Both the position numbers and the translations under genes were made by a program. Source: Parasphingorhabdus sp. (lineage in GTDB: Bacteria; Pseudomonadota; Alphaproteobacteria; Sphingomonadales; Sphingomonadaceae). Taken from it: a stretch of 64,000 nt of DNA. Positions 38,038-48,462 of the stretch are shown here, in pieces (within the stretch, counting starts at the first letter, position 1; each line of letters opens with the position of its first letter). The notes beneath the pieces are model-generated. The model made no database searches. It was not told where the DNA came from and worked only from the letters and a program-made list of their open reading frames with translations. The stretch is from the NCBI RefSeq assembly GCF_039939955.1, contig NZ_JBDVHS010000006.1, forward strand, positions 62,580 through 126,579. Direction: 5' to 3'.

Positions 38038-38478
38038 ATGAAAAGAAAACTCGCCATCACCATCTGTCTCGTCTTCCTCGCATCCGGCCTGATCCGTATC
38101 GGTGTCAGCCTGCTGATGATCGGGCAAACCCTGGGCTGGTGGGCCTTTGGTGGCGAAGCGACCGAAGCGCTCGCCGAGACGCAGCGCTTCATTGCCGAAC
38201 GGGAGTATAATCTCGTCGGCTTCACCCCCCTCACCTATTTTGGCTTCATCATGTTCATGGGAATAACCATCAGCCTCGGCGCGATCGGGCAGATGTGGCG
38301 CAAGCATTGGGGTCTGGTGCTGATCGGCATCTACCTGCTGAGCCACGGGGCGCTGTTCGTCAATTTCATGACGGTGAATCTGAAGATATTCCTGTGGGGA
38401 TTGTCGGTGGTGGCCACGATGGTGCTGGTCTGGGCCAATCGGGAAGCGCCGCCGGAGAGCCAGTCGCTCGCGACATGA
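38038..38478 (+). CDS. Hypothetical membrane protein
   Basis: Four hydrophobic segments and coding-like codon bias. Confidence 0.65.
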   Translation: MKRKLAITICLVFLASGLIRIGVSLLMIGQTLGWWAFGGEATEALAETQRFIAEREYNLVGFTPLTYFGFIMFMGITISLGAIGQMWRKHWGLVLIGIYLLSHGALFVNFMTVNLKIFLWGLSVVATMVLVWANREAPPESQSLAT

Positions 38479-38484
38479 TTGGCT

Positions 38485-38507
38485 CACGATAGGCTCTAAA
38501 CGAACGG
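38485..38507 (-). repeat. Degenerate single copy of the 34.3 kb REP
   Basis: CACGATAGGCTCTAAACGAACGG aligns without gaps to TTCGACAGGCTCAGCACGAACGG. Confidence 0.5.
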
Positions 38508-38577
38508 TATCGCCACCGCGCCGTTGGTAAGGGGCATTAGCATCCGGCCCCGCTTCCGTGCCCGCCAGCAAATGCCG

Positions 38578-39024
38578 TTATTTTTTCCAGCCATGCGAGA
38601 GCAGCTTCACCGTCACCCGCCCGGTGGCGACATGGATACCGCCCGCGCCGTGCATCGGGAATTCGGCGACATAGCCAGCGCTGCCCTTGCGCTCCAGATC
38701 GGCGAGCAGGCTTGCGATCTCGTCTTCTGACAAGCGATATTCGGCGGTGACATCGCTGTCGGCAGGCTTGTGGAAATCGACGTAAATATCTTTCAGGATC
38801 GGAAAATGGAGCGCCGCGTCAAGAAACGAAATACCCGGCAGTGCCGCCACTGCCTCCGCCAGCACCGTATAAGCGCCCATATAAAGCACGCCGACATGGT
38901 TCTCATTCCCCGCCAACGGCATCAACAAATGCGCATAGCCATGGCTTTCTTCAAGCCGCTTGAGTCCGGTGCGCTCGACAAATTCGACACGAAATTTGGG
39001 TTTGTTGTCGCCTTGCTCGCTCAT
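38578..39024 (-). CDS. Hotdog-fold thioesterase (PaaI/DUF4442-like)
   Basis: NENHVGVLYMGA..LAE, VDFHKPA. Confidence 0.78.
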   Translation of the reverse strand: MSEQGDNKPKFRVEFVERTGLKRLEESHGYAHLLMPLAGNENHVGVLYMGAYTVLAEAVAALPGISFLDAALHFPILKDIYVDFHKPADSDVTAEYRLSEDEIASLLADLERKGSAGYVAEFPMHGAGGIHVATGRVTVKLLSHGWKK

Positions 39025-39214
39025 GATGACCTCTCCCTGTAGTGCACCGTCACGACGGGACGGCGTGCGGTTCTGGCGGTGAGTTTATCAGCCAATCTGG
39101 GGCGCTATAGGCTTGCTTTTGATAGGGGGATGGGGACGGTTGCACCTGTCACCGTAATTCCAACTGGCCAGATAGTAGATTGACTCTCAGGGTGTTCACC
39201 GGATAGCCATCCCT

Positions 39215-39628
39215 ATGGCCATACCAGACCCAGCAATGGTTCCAACCGAACCCGTATCAGCAAACGTATGCGCGCAAATGGTAGAATCGGCTACACGCTC
39301 TTGTCAGCCATTGTTTCAAATACCTCCTGAGCCGGTCAATAGCACGGCGGACTCTCTCGCAATGTTGTCTACAGCCTTCACGTTCGGTTCAATTATACTT
39401 GCTATAATAGCAGTCATTGCTGGCTTCGCTTGGTCTAAGGTTGTGGCCTACAAAGCGGAGGAAGAGGCAAAAAAAGTAGCAAAAGACTGCGCGGATGTAT
39501 ATATAGAGGATTGGTTAGCCAAAAAGGCTCCTGGAATAATCCGAAGTAGAGTAGACTTTATCTTGGACGCGACTTTAGGTCCAGGCGATGACGCCAAGGC
39601 CGCAGATGATATCGGAAAGGAGGCATAG
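39215..39628 (+). CDS. Hypothetical single-TM protein
   Basis: One TM helix (IILAIIAVIAGFAW) plus a helical tail. 2 nt from the ImmA/IrrE start. Confidence 0.6.
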   Translation: MAIPDPAMVPTEPVSANVCAQMVESATRSCQPLFQIPPEPVNSTADSLAMLSTAFTFGSIILAIIAVIAGFAWSKVVAYKAEEEAKKVAKDCADVYIEDWLAKKAPGIIRSRVDFILDATLGPGDDAKAADDIGKEA

Positions 39629-39630
39629 TT

Positions 39631-40092
39631 ATGACAGACCACATGCAAGTTATTAAACGGCATTGGGACAAGACGCCCGTGCCGATCAACGAAATCATCT
39701 GTGATATAGGCCTGCCCATTGAGTACAAGCCGTTGCCCGATGATATTTCAGGTTATATTGAACGCGAGAACGGCGATTACCGGATCGTAGTTAATGCCAA
39801 TCATGCGCAAACGCGCCAACGCTTCACTGCGGCGCACGAACTAGGGCATTATATCTACCACCGCGATCTCCTTGGAGAGGGCGTTGGCGATAATCGTGCA
39901 TATCGGACAGAGGGAACAGACCGCCCAAATATGAATATCCGGCCAATTCATGAGCGGCAGGCAAACAGCTTCGCTGCCAACGTTTTAATGCCTAAACACA
40001 GGCTGGTGGATGTTGCCGGAGAAACCACGCTAGGATTGGCTAACAGATTTGGCGTTTCACAAGAGGCTATGCGGATTAGATTGGGCCGATAG
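39631..40092 (+). CDS. ImmA/IrrE family metallo-endopeptidase
   Basis: RQRFTAAHELGHY (HExxH), ERQANSFAANVLMP, FGVSQEAMRIRL. Confidence 0.92.
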   Translation: MTDHMQVIKRHWDKTPVPINEIICDIGLPIEYKPLPDDISGYIERENGDYRIVVNANHAQTRQRFTAAHELGHYIYHRDLLGEGVGDNRAYRTEGTDRPNMNIRPIHERQANSFAANVLMPKHRLVDVAGETTLGLANRFGVSQEAMRIRLGR

Positions 40093-40098
40093 GGGAGG

Positions 40099-40392
40099 CT
40101 ATTCAATAATTCGGTTCATTTCATCGAATAGATAGGGCGCGGCGGTCACGGTTTTTTGACGGCGGGCAACTTTCTTGAAGTGCTCAATATCACTGCACAT
40201 TTCCATAACACCCTCTATCTTCCCGATCTGGCGCGTGAGGATTGTGCGACCCTCACCAGTTAGTCATTGATGGAATCGTGCTCGGCGCTTTCCTTCATCA
40301 GTGACGTTCAATTTGTCGAGTTCCGCCTTCACATAACCGTTCTCAATTGGTTCGTAGACATATTTATTGATGAATTTCCCATAGTATTGGGA
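40099..40392 (-). pseudogene. 5'-truncated P63C-domain-like gene remnant with internal stop
   Basis: Manual translation SQYYGKFINKYVYEPIENGYVKAELDKLNVTDEGKRRARFHQ*LTGEGRTILTRQIGKIEGVMEMCSDIEHFKKVARRQKTVTAAPYLFDEMNRIIE*, with in-frame TGA at 40264-40266. Confidence 0.65.
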
Positions 40393-40458
40393 ATTATCGT
40401 GACAATGCACTTAATCCGGATGCCCGCTCAGATTTGGGTGGCGCACAGTCTGCGTAAT

Positions 40459-41835
40459 TCATAAAGGCAACCGAAGTTTCCAATTTGGGTGAATTTCTCT
40501 CGGATCATCAATGAGATCACGGTTCAATTCGTAAATCTCGTTTGCACGGATCGGGTCATCGAAGTATTTACGTGCAATCGTTGGCAGATCTTCTCCGGGC
40601 TCAACCAAATGAAAGTCCACAGACTTTGTTTCAAGATCACATTGACGAAGTTTGTTAAGCTTTAAAAGCATTTTTTCAATCTCGTCGCTTAAACGAGCTA
40701 AGGGTTTTGGCCTATATTCCAGACCTTCCGGCAAATCGGTAGCCTTAAGCGACCACCGCCGAAATGCGAAAGCACTGACATCTTTCATAAACGTCGGACC
40801 TTGTCGGGGTGCATGAAGCAGTTTTCTATTCAACCAGCCAATTCCTCCCCTTTCATAAAAGGGGCGGTCTGGATCGTTTTGAAGCGGAGAAAGATAGTCT
40901 GGCTCAACGCCAAACACCCTAGAGTTTTTCGCCACATTTATTTCTAAACCGGCCCGTCTTGCTCCAACTAAAATCCACGAAAACGCAGAATCCGATAGGC
41001 CTCTCATAGGTCCGCCTCCCCCGACGGCGCTGTGCACCCCTGGGAACCATTTTTGCTGATATGGTGCCTCTGCATCATAAGGGGAAATACCTTTGTCAGA
41101 GTTTAACTCATTGACGTTTCCCCAAATCGTAGGCCGAAACAATTTCCGAGTTTCATCAATAGCCAGTGCATGCCGCGCGCTGTGAACCTTACTGGTCAGA
41201 CGAACATCATGGAACCCTTTGCGACGATTCAGCCAATTTGCCCCTGGAAGGACATTCGGCCATCCCAACGCACCAACAGTATCCCAAACACCTACATATT
41301 TAATGTTTAACTTTGTCGAGTGTTCTTTAACAAAATCGTCCACATTCTCACAACGCCAGTCCTCATCAAATTCACTGACACAAACTTTTGAGGAATGTTC
41401 GGCGCGAAATTCTAACGCATCTAAATGATCATCGCCATCAGCACCCATGGCTGCTTCATAAAGCTCAATAGCTCTATCGATTTCTTTAGCGCTATTAACG
41501 TCCAAAATTCCGACATGGCGAACAAACCCTGCAAACGAGCGGGCTGTAAAAGCCCCTCTAGAAAAACCAAAAATGAAGATTTCATCTGCTGGCTCGTGAT
41601 TAAAAATCAGAAACCGATAGGCTTCTCTCAGATTTGTAACCAAGCCGACGCCAAACAAAGTACCCCGAACTCGATCAAGTTTTCCAGTTCCAACGCCCTC
41701 ATCATAATGAACCAGCTGAGGCGTGCCATCTGGAGCAGTAGGTAATATGCTCTCCGCCATAAGTACAACATTCGTTGGATTCACAGCAGCAAGCTTATTT
41801 GTAGTGCCATCGAAACAGAATACTAGTCGTTTCAT
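40459..41835 (-). CDS. DUF2235 (Tle1-like alpha/beta hydrolase) with C-terminal LysM domain
   Basis: RLVFCFDGT, YDEGVGT, GFSRGA, GVWDTV, WFPGVHSAVGGG. C-terminal HLVEPGEDLPTIARKY...IYELN...IHPNWKLRLP. Confidence 0.88.
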   Translation of the reverse strand: MKRLVFCFDGTTNKLAAVNPTNVVLMAESILPTAPDGTPQLVHYDEGVGTGKLDRVRGTLFGVGLVTNLREAYRFLIFNHEPADEIFIFGFSRGAFTARSFAGFVRHVGILDVNSAKEIDRAIELYEAAMGADGDDHLDALEFRAEHSSKVCVSEFDEDWRCENVDDFVKEHSTKLNIKYVGVWDTVGALGWPNVLPGANWLNRRKGFHDVRLTSKVHSARHALAIDETRKLFRPTIWGNVNELNSDKGISPYDAEAPYQQKWFPGVHSAVGGGGPMRGLSDSAFSWILVGARRAGLEINVAKNSRVFGVEPDYLSPLQNDPDRPFYERGGIGWLNRKLLHAPRQGPTFMKDVSAFAFRRWSLKATDLPEGLEYRPKPLARLSDEIEKMLLKLNKLRQCDLETKSVDFHLVEPGEDLPTIARKYFDDPIRANEIYELNRDLIDDPREIHPNWKLRLPL

Positions 41836-41924
41836 AACATCGGGCCTCTGTTCCGAATATTCTTAATACGCTATACTGTAAAATTGCAATGAAAAAACTA
41901 TTCCCGCTTCAAATCACTCCGCCG

Positions 41925-43844
<1,920 letters not shown>

Positions 43845-44249
43845 TTAAACTTGAAGCCGGAGCAAGCCGGCGAAGGATGCGGCAAGGCCGACGATGATAG
43901 CAAGGACAGCCCATATTCGCGCGCCTTTCGGCATTATGCGGCTGGCAAAGCCCATGAACCAGTTGCCAAAGGCGAGGATCAGCATGCCTTCGACCACTAT
44001 CCAGCCGCCGATGACAGTGATCAGGATCGACAGCCAGTCGGCGGGATCGAACGGATTGACGAGATAGATGGTCGCACCAAGAATCAGGGTGACCAGGCCG
44101 GTGATGAATTGCAGCGCGCTGCTTTCTTGGACTTCACTGACCATCTTGGTCCAGAAACCGGGATTGCGAAACTCGCCCACGCCAGCGGCCAGGCCGTAAA
44201 GGCCGATAAAAAGGGTGATCCAACCGGTAATGTCGCCTACACTGCCCAT
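43845..44249 (-). CDS. Small 4-TM membrane protein (DUF2065-like) between TPP riboswitch and thiC
   Basis: Hydrophobic ORF with SD AGGAG. Start placed at MGSVG. Confidence 0.7.
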   Translation of the reverse strand: MGSVGDITGWITLFIGLYGLAAGVGEFRNPGFWTKMVSEVQESSALQFITGLVTLILGATIYLVNPFDPADWLSILITVIGGWIVVEGMLILAFGNWFMGFASRIMPKGARIWAVLAIIVGLAASFAGLLRLQV

Positions 44250-44306
44250 CGCGTCTCTCCTTCTATCCTGATGGAGAAAGAGCGTATTCGGGACAACCCA
44301 ATGACC

Positions 44307-44408
44307 GCTCCCTCCCTCCGCCGGTAAGCCCATGAATGGTGCCGGATCAGGTTCTGCGGGTCGGGCGACGTTACGCGCCCCTCTCAGTCAAACGACTCCC
44401 CGGGGAAG
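44307..44408 (-). promoter_or_regulatory. TPP riboswitch
   Basis: Minus strand: CCCCGGGGAG...CTGAGAGG...GACCCGCAGAACCTGATCCGG...ACCGGCGGAGGGA, upstream of the thiC operon. Confidence 0.92.
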
Positions 44409-44489
44409 ACCGGAGTTTAGGACGAAGCGAAGGTGAGGTCCAGCGAAGTTTACGCGAAGTTTGCGGGCCGAGATCAGCGGCCAGCGAAA

Positions 44490-44957
44490 TCACAATATAT
44501 ATTTCATCTTCACCGAATATTGCGCATCATCGGTGCCGATGGTGAATTGCGCCGATTTAAATTTTGGCGGGCCCACACCGATCTTGGGGTTGCGAGAGAA
44601 ACCAAAGCCTTCGCGCGGCAAAAACAGTCGCAAGTCCATTTTGCCATTGGCATTTTCATCGTGGATCAGCGCGACCGCATAAGTTCCCGGCTTCACATCG
44701 GCAATCTGTATGGCGGCGGCCTGACCAGCGGAGATTTTCAACTTGCGCGCTTTCTTGTCCTTGCGGCAGTCGGGGAAATATTTGGGATTGGCGCTTAGAC
44801 AAACCAGCACATCGCCCTTGTCGGAACGCAGGCCGCTGATCGCCAGATCAATGGAGGCCGAGACCGCTGCTGCGACGGGCACTGGTGCGGCCGGAGCCGG
44901 CGCTTCACTCGCCGACGCGCTTGCGCCGAGCAGCATCACCGAAGCCGCGCCCAGCAT
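44490..44957 (-). CDS. DUF2141 domain protein
   Basis: PGTYAVALIHDENANGKMD...PREGFGFSRNP..PPKF. Start uncertain (44936-45014). Confidence 0.82.
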   Translation of the reverse strand: MLGAASVMLLGASASASEAPAPAAPVPVAAAVSASIDLAISGLRSDKGDVLVCLSANPKYFPDCRKDKKARKLKISAGQAAAIQIADVKPGTYAVALIHDENANGKMDLRLFLPREGFGFSRNPKIGVGPPKFKSAQFTIGTDDAQYSVKMKYIL

Positions 44958-45669
44958 TGGCAAGGCCGATATCCGTGCCGCAGATCTTGTCCCAAAAGCG
45001 AAAATATAACCCATAATTTCCTCGATATAATTCATGATGCTTCTCGTGGTGGGTCGCGGTTATCAGCCACTGTCCCAATCGTCCGCGAACAAGCCAGCGC
45101 GGGAACATTTCCCACCCCATATGGTTAGACACGCCCATAATCGTCATCAGCAGCAATACCAGCCCCAATATGCCGACATGAATCGGTATTGCGATGACCA
45201 GAGCCGGAATGACGATGGCGCCACTGATTGCCTCAACCGGATGAAAGCTCATCGCGGCCCAAGCGGTCGGCGGACGACTGTCATGGTGGACCGCGTGCGC
45301 GACCTTGAACCATTGCGGCCGGTGAAACAGCCGGTGAGTCCAGTAGAACCAAGTGTCATGCAGCAAGAGATAGAGAAAAAACGATAGCGGTAAATACCAC
45401 CATGAGTACATATTGGGATCGGTGTAAATCCGGGTCCAGCCAGCATTCTGCCAGCCCCATGCGACGACACCAGCAGGAACCCCATAGATGGCCGCAGAAA
45501 GCAACGACCACCGAATTTCGCGGCCAATCTGGGGCTTCAACAGATCATATTGCCCCGGCCGCAGCCGGTTGGTGAGCCATGCAAAAAAGCCGCTGCTCAG
45601 CAGATAGCGGCCGCCAACGATAAACGTCATCGCAACAGCAGAGAGCAGGATCGCAAATGCATAGTCCAT
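44905..45669 (-). CDS. crtG: Sterol-desaturase family, carotenoid 2,2'-beta-hydroxylase CrtG-like
   Basis: His boxes HDTWFYWTHR, HAVHH, NHMG, THHEKHH..GNYGLYF. Divergent from crtYIB. Confidence 0.78.
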   Translation of the reverse strand: MDYAFAILLSAVAMTFIVGGRYLLSSGFFAWLTNRLRPGQYDLLKPQIGREIRWSLLSAAIYGVPAGVVAWGWQNAGWTRIYTDPNMYSWWYLPLSFFLYLLLHDTWFYWTHRLFHRPQWFKVAHAVHHDSRPPTAWAAMSFHPVEAISGAIVIPALVIAIPIHVGILGLVLLLMTIMGVSNHMGWEMFPRWLVRGRLGQWLITATHHEKHHELYRGNYGLYFRFWDKICGTDIGLANAGRGFGDAARRKRVGE

Positions 45670-45778
45670 GGCGACGGAATATGCCGCCGATTGCCAAGGA
45701 GCAAGGCTTAAAGCAGGAAGGGACTATGGGCTTTCGGACAGGCTTTCCCCTGCCCCCAGCTTCGGCTAAGGCAAGGCA

Positions 45779-46951
45779 ATGCCGAAGCACGCTCGTTCCT
45801 CAGACCAGTATGATCTGGCTATCGCTGGCGGTGGACTGGCGGGTGGGCTGGTTGCTCTGGCACTGGCAAAAAAGCGCCCAGAGCTAAAGCTATTGCTGAT
45901 CGAAGCCGAGGAGCAATTCGGCGGCAATCATATCTGGTCCTTTTTCGAAAGCGATGTCGAACCAGAGCATCGCTGGCTGGTCGATCCGCTCATCTCCCGT
46001 CAATGGGATAGCTATGATGTGCATTTCCCTCAATATAGCCGCCGACTGAGCAACGGCTATTGCTCGATTGAATCGAAAAATCTCGACCGGGAATTGCGGC
46101 AGCAACTGCCTGCAGAGGCACTGCAAACCGGACAGAAAGCCAAGAAGGTCGAAAATGGTCTGGTCCAACTGGCAGATGGCACGGAGGTTCGAGCAGGAGC
46201 CGTGCTGGATGTTCGCGGGAGCGGCGATATTTCAGCGCTGGAAATAGGCTGGCAGAAATTCTGCGGCCAGATGCTCAAACTCAAAAAGCCGCATGGACTT
46301 GATCGCCCGATCATCATGGACGCGAATGTCGAGCAGATTGATGGATATCGGTTTCTTTATTGCTTGCCGTTTGGCGAAACAGAGCTTTTCGTCGAAGACA
46401 CATATTATGCGGACAGCGCCACACTCGACCGCGCGGCATCCCACGACCGGATTGCAAAATATGTGGCCTCTAAGGGGTGGGCCATCGACAGGATATTGAG
46501 CGAGGAAGACGGCCAACTTCCCGTCATTTACGGCGGTGACTTCGAGGCTTTTTGGAACGCCAACAAGGGCGTTGATGCACGGGCCGGCGCAAGAGCCGCG
46601 CTGATCCAGCCAATTACCAGCTATTCCCTGCCCATGGCCGTCAAAACCGCAATGATGATCACCGACATGCCGGAGATCACGCAGGACGCGCTTAACAAGA
46701 TGTTACGCAATCTGGCGACCGAACATTGGAAAGATGGCAAATTTTATCGTATGTTATGTGCCATGCTATTCAAAGCCGCAAAACCGGAAAAACGTTATCT
46801 CACGCTGCAACATACCTATGCCAAACCAGAAGAGCTGATAGAGCGTTTCTATGCTGGAAAAACGACGCTATTGGACAAATTTTCAATGCTTTCAGGCAAA
46901 CCGCCTGTGCCGATTAGCAAGGCTCTATCGATCATGATGAGATACCGATGA
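45779..46951 (+). CDS. crtY: Lycopene beta-cyclase
   Basis: GGGLAG, GGNHIWSF, WQKFCG, IIMDANV, EDTYY. Confidence 0.95.
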   Translation: MPKHARSSDQYDLAIAGGGLAGGLVALALAKKRPELKLLLIEAEEQFGGNHIWSFFESDVEPEHRWLVDPLISRQWDSYDVHFPQYSRRLSNGYCSIESKNLDRELRQQLPAEALQTGQKAKKVENGLVQLADGTEVRAGAVLDVRGSGDISALEIGWQKFCGQMLKLKKPHGLDRPIIMDANVEQIDGYRFLYCLPFGETELFVEDTYYADSATLDRAASHDRIAKYVASKGWAIDRILSEEDGQLPVIYGGDFEAFWNANKGVDARAGARAALIQPITSYSLPMAVKTAMMITDMPEITQDALNKMLRNLATEHWKDGKFYRMLCAMLFKAAKPEKRYLTLQHTYAKPEELIERFYAGKTTLLDKFSMLSGKPPVPISKALSIMMRYR

Positions 46952-48462
46952 CAGGCGTGACCCAATCCAATCTGTTCAAGAAAGCAGCCGTAATCGGTTC
47001 CGGCTTTGGCGGACTGGCGCTCGCCATTCGCTTGCAATCTGCCGGTGTCCAGACGACGATATTGGAAAGCCGGGACAAACCCGGTGGACGGGCCTATTAT
47101 TGGGAGAAAGAAGGCTTTATCTTCGATGGCGGCCCGACCGTCATCACCGACCCCGATTGTCTCTCCCAACTATGGGATCTCACCGGCCATGATATGGCGA
47201 AAGATATCGAGTTGATGCCGGTGTCGCCTTTCTACCGGCTCAACTGGCCGGACGGCACCAATTTCGATTATGTGAATGATCCCGAAGAGCTTTATGCCAA
47301 CATAGCGGCCATCGAACCTGACGATGTCGAGGGTTATAAGAAGTTCCTAGAATATAGCGGCGGCCTATATGAAGAAGGCTATGTCAAGCTCGGCACCAAG
47401 GCGTTTCTCGATTTCAAATCGATGATCAAGGCGGCCCCTGCCCTGATGAAATTCGAAGCCTATCGCTCTGTCTATGCCAAGGTTTCCGGCTTTGTTAAAA
47501 ATGAGAAGCTGCGCGAATTCCTGTCCTTTCAATCGCTACTGGTCGGCGGCAATCCGATGAAAACCAGCGCAATTTACGGTTTGATCCATAAGCTGGAAAG
47601 ACTGGGCGGGGTCTGGTTTGCCAAGGGAGGGACCAATATGCTGGTCGCTGCGATGGTCAAACATTTCGAGCGGATTGGCGGTGTCATCCGGCTTGATGAT
47701 CCGGTCACAAAAATCGATACAACTGGCGATCGCGCGTCGGGTATCACCTGCAAATCCGGCTGGAGCGAACATTTTGATGCGGTCGCCTCCAACGCAGATA
47801 TCATGCACAGCTACCGCGATCTTCTTGGCCACAAACATCGCAGCGAAACCGTCACGGGCAAGCTGATGAACAAGAAATATTCACCGTCACTTTTCGTCGT
47901 ACATTTTGGCGTCAAAGGCAGTTGGCCCGGCATCCCGCACCATATGATCCTCTTTGGCCCGCGCTACAAAGGACTGCTGGAGGATATCTACGACAATGGC
48001 GTGCTACCGAATGACTTCTCTCTCTATCTGCACCATCCTACGATCACCGACCCGGAAATGGCACCGGAAGGCCACAGCACATTCTACGTGCTGGCACCGG
48101 TACCACATCAGGGGAAACTGCCGATCGACTGGGAAGAAATGGGACCGATCTACGAGAAGCGTATTCTCGATGAAATCGGTCATCGCCTGATCCCCGATAT
48201 TCATGACCGGATTGTCACAAGTTTTCATTATACGCCTCAGGATTTCGGCAGCGACCTCAACGCCCATCTCGGCAGCGCGTTCAGCCTGGAACCCTTGCTG
48301 ACGCAAAGCGCCTGGTTCCGGGTCCATAATCGCGATGATGTGATCGACAATCTCTATTTTGTCGGTGCAGGCACCCATCCGGGTGCGGGAATTCCCGGTG
48401 TCGTAGGGAGCGCGAAAGCGACGGCCGAACTGATGCTGGAAGATCTCGGACAGCCTGAATGA
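46948..48462 (+). CDS. crtI: Phytoene desaturase
   Basis: VIGSGFGGLA, FDGGPTVIT, LYFVGAGTHPGAGIPGV. Confidence 0.96.
   Translation: MTGVTQSNLFKKAAVIGSGFGGLALAIRLQSAGVQTTILESRDKPGGRAYYWEKEGFIFDGGPTVITDPDCLSQLWDLTGHDMAKDIELMPVSPFYRLNWPDGTNFDYVNDPEELYANIAAIEPDDVEGYKKFLEYSGGLYEEGYVKLGTKAFLDFKSMIKAAPALMKFEAYRSVYAKVSGFVKNEKLREFLSFQSLLVGGNPMKTSAIYGLIHKLERLGGVWFAKGGTNMLVAAMVKHFERIGGVIRLDDPVTKIDTTGDRASGITCKSGWSEHFDAVASNADIMHSYRDLLGHKHRSETVTGKLMNKKYSPSLFVVHFGVKGSWPGIPHHMILFGPRYKGLLEDIYDNGVLPNDFSLYLHHPTITDPEMAPEGHSTFYVLAPVPHQGKLPIDWEEMGPIYEKRILDEIGHRLIPDIHDRIVTSFHYTPQDFGSDLNAHLGSAFSLEPLLTQSAWFRVHNRDDVIDNLYFVGAGTHPGAGIPGVVGSAKATAELMLEDLGQPE

Noticed and set aside
39215-41835. Intact prophage or T6SS locus
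   Set aside because: No capsid, terminase, tail, integrase, vgrG, hcp or PAAR genes.
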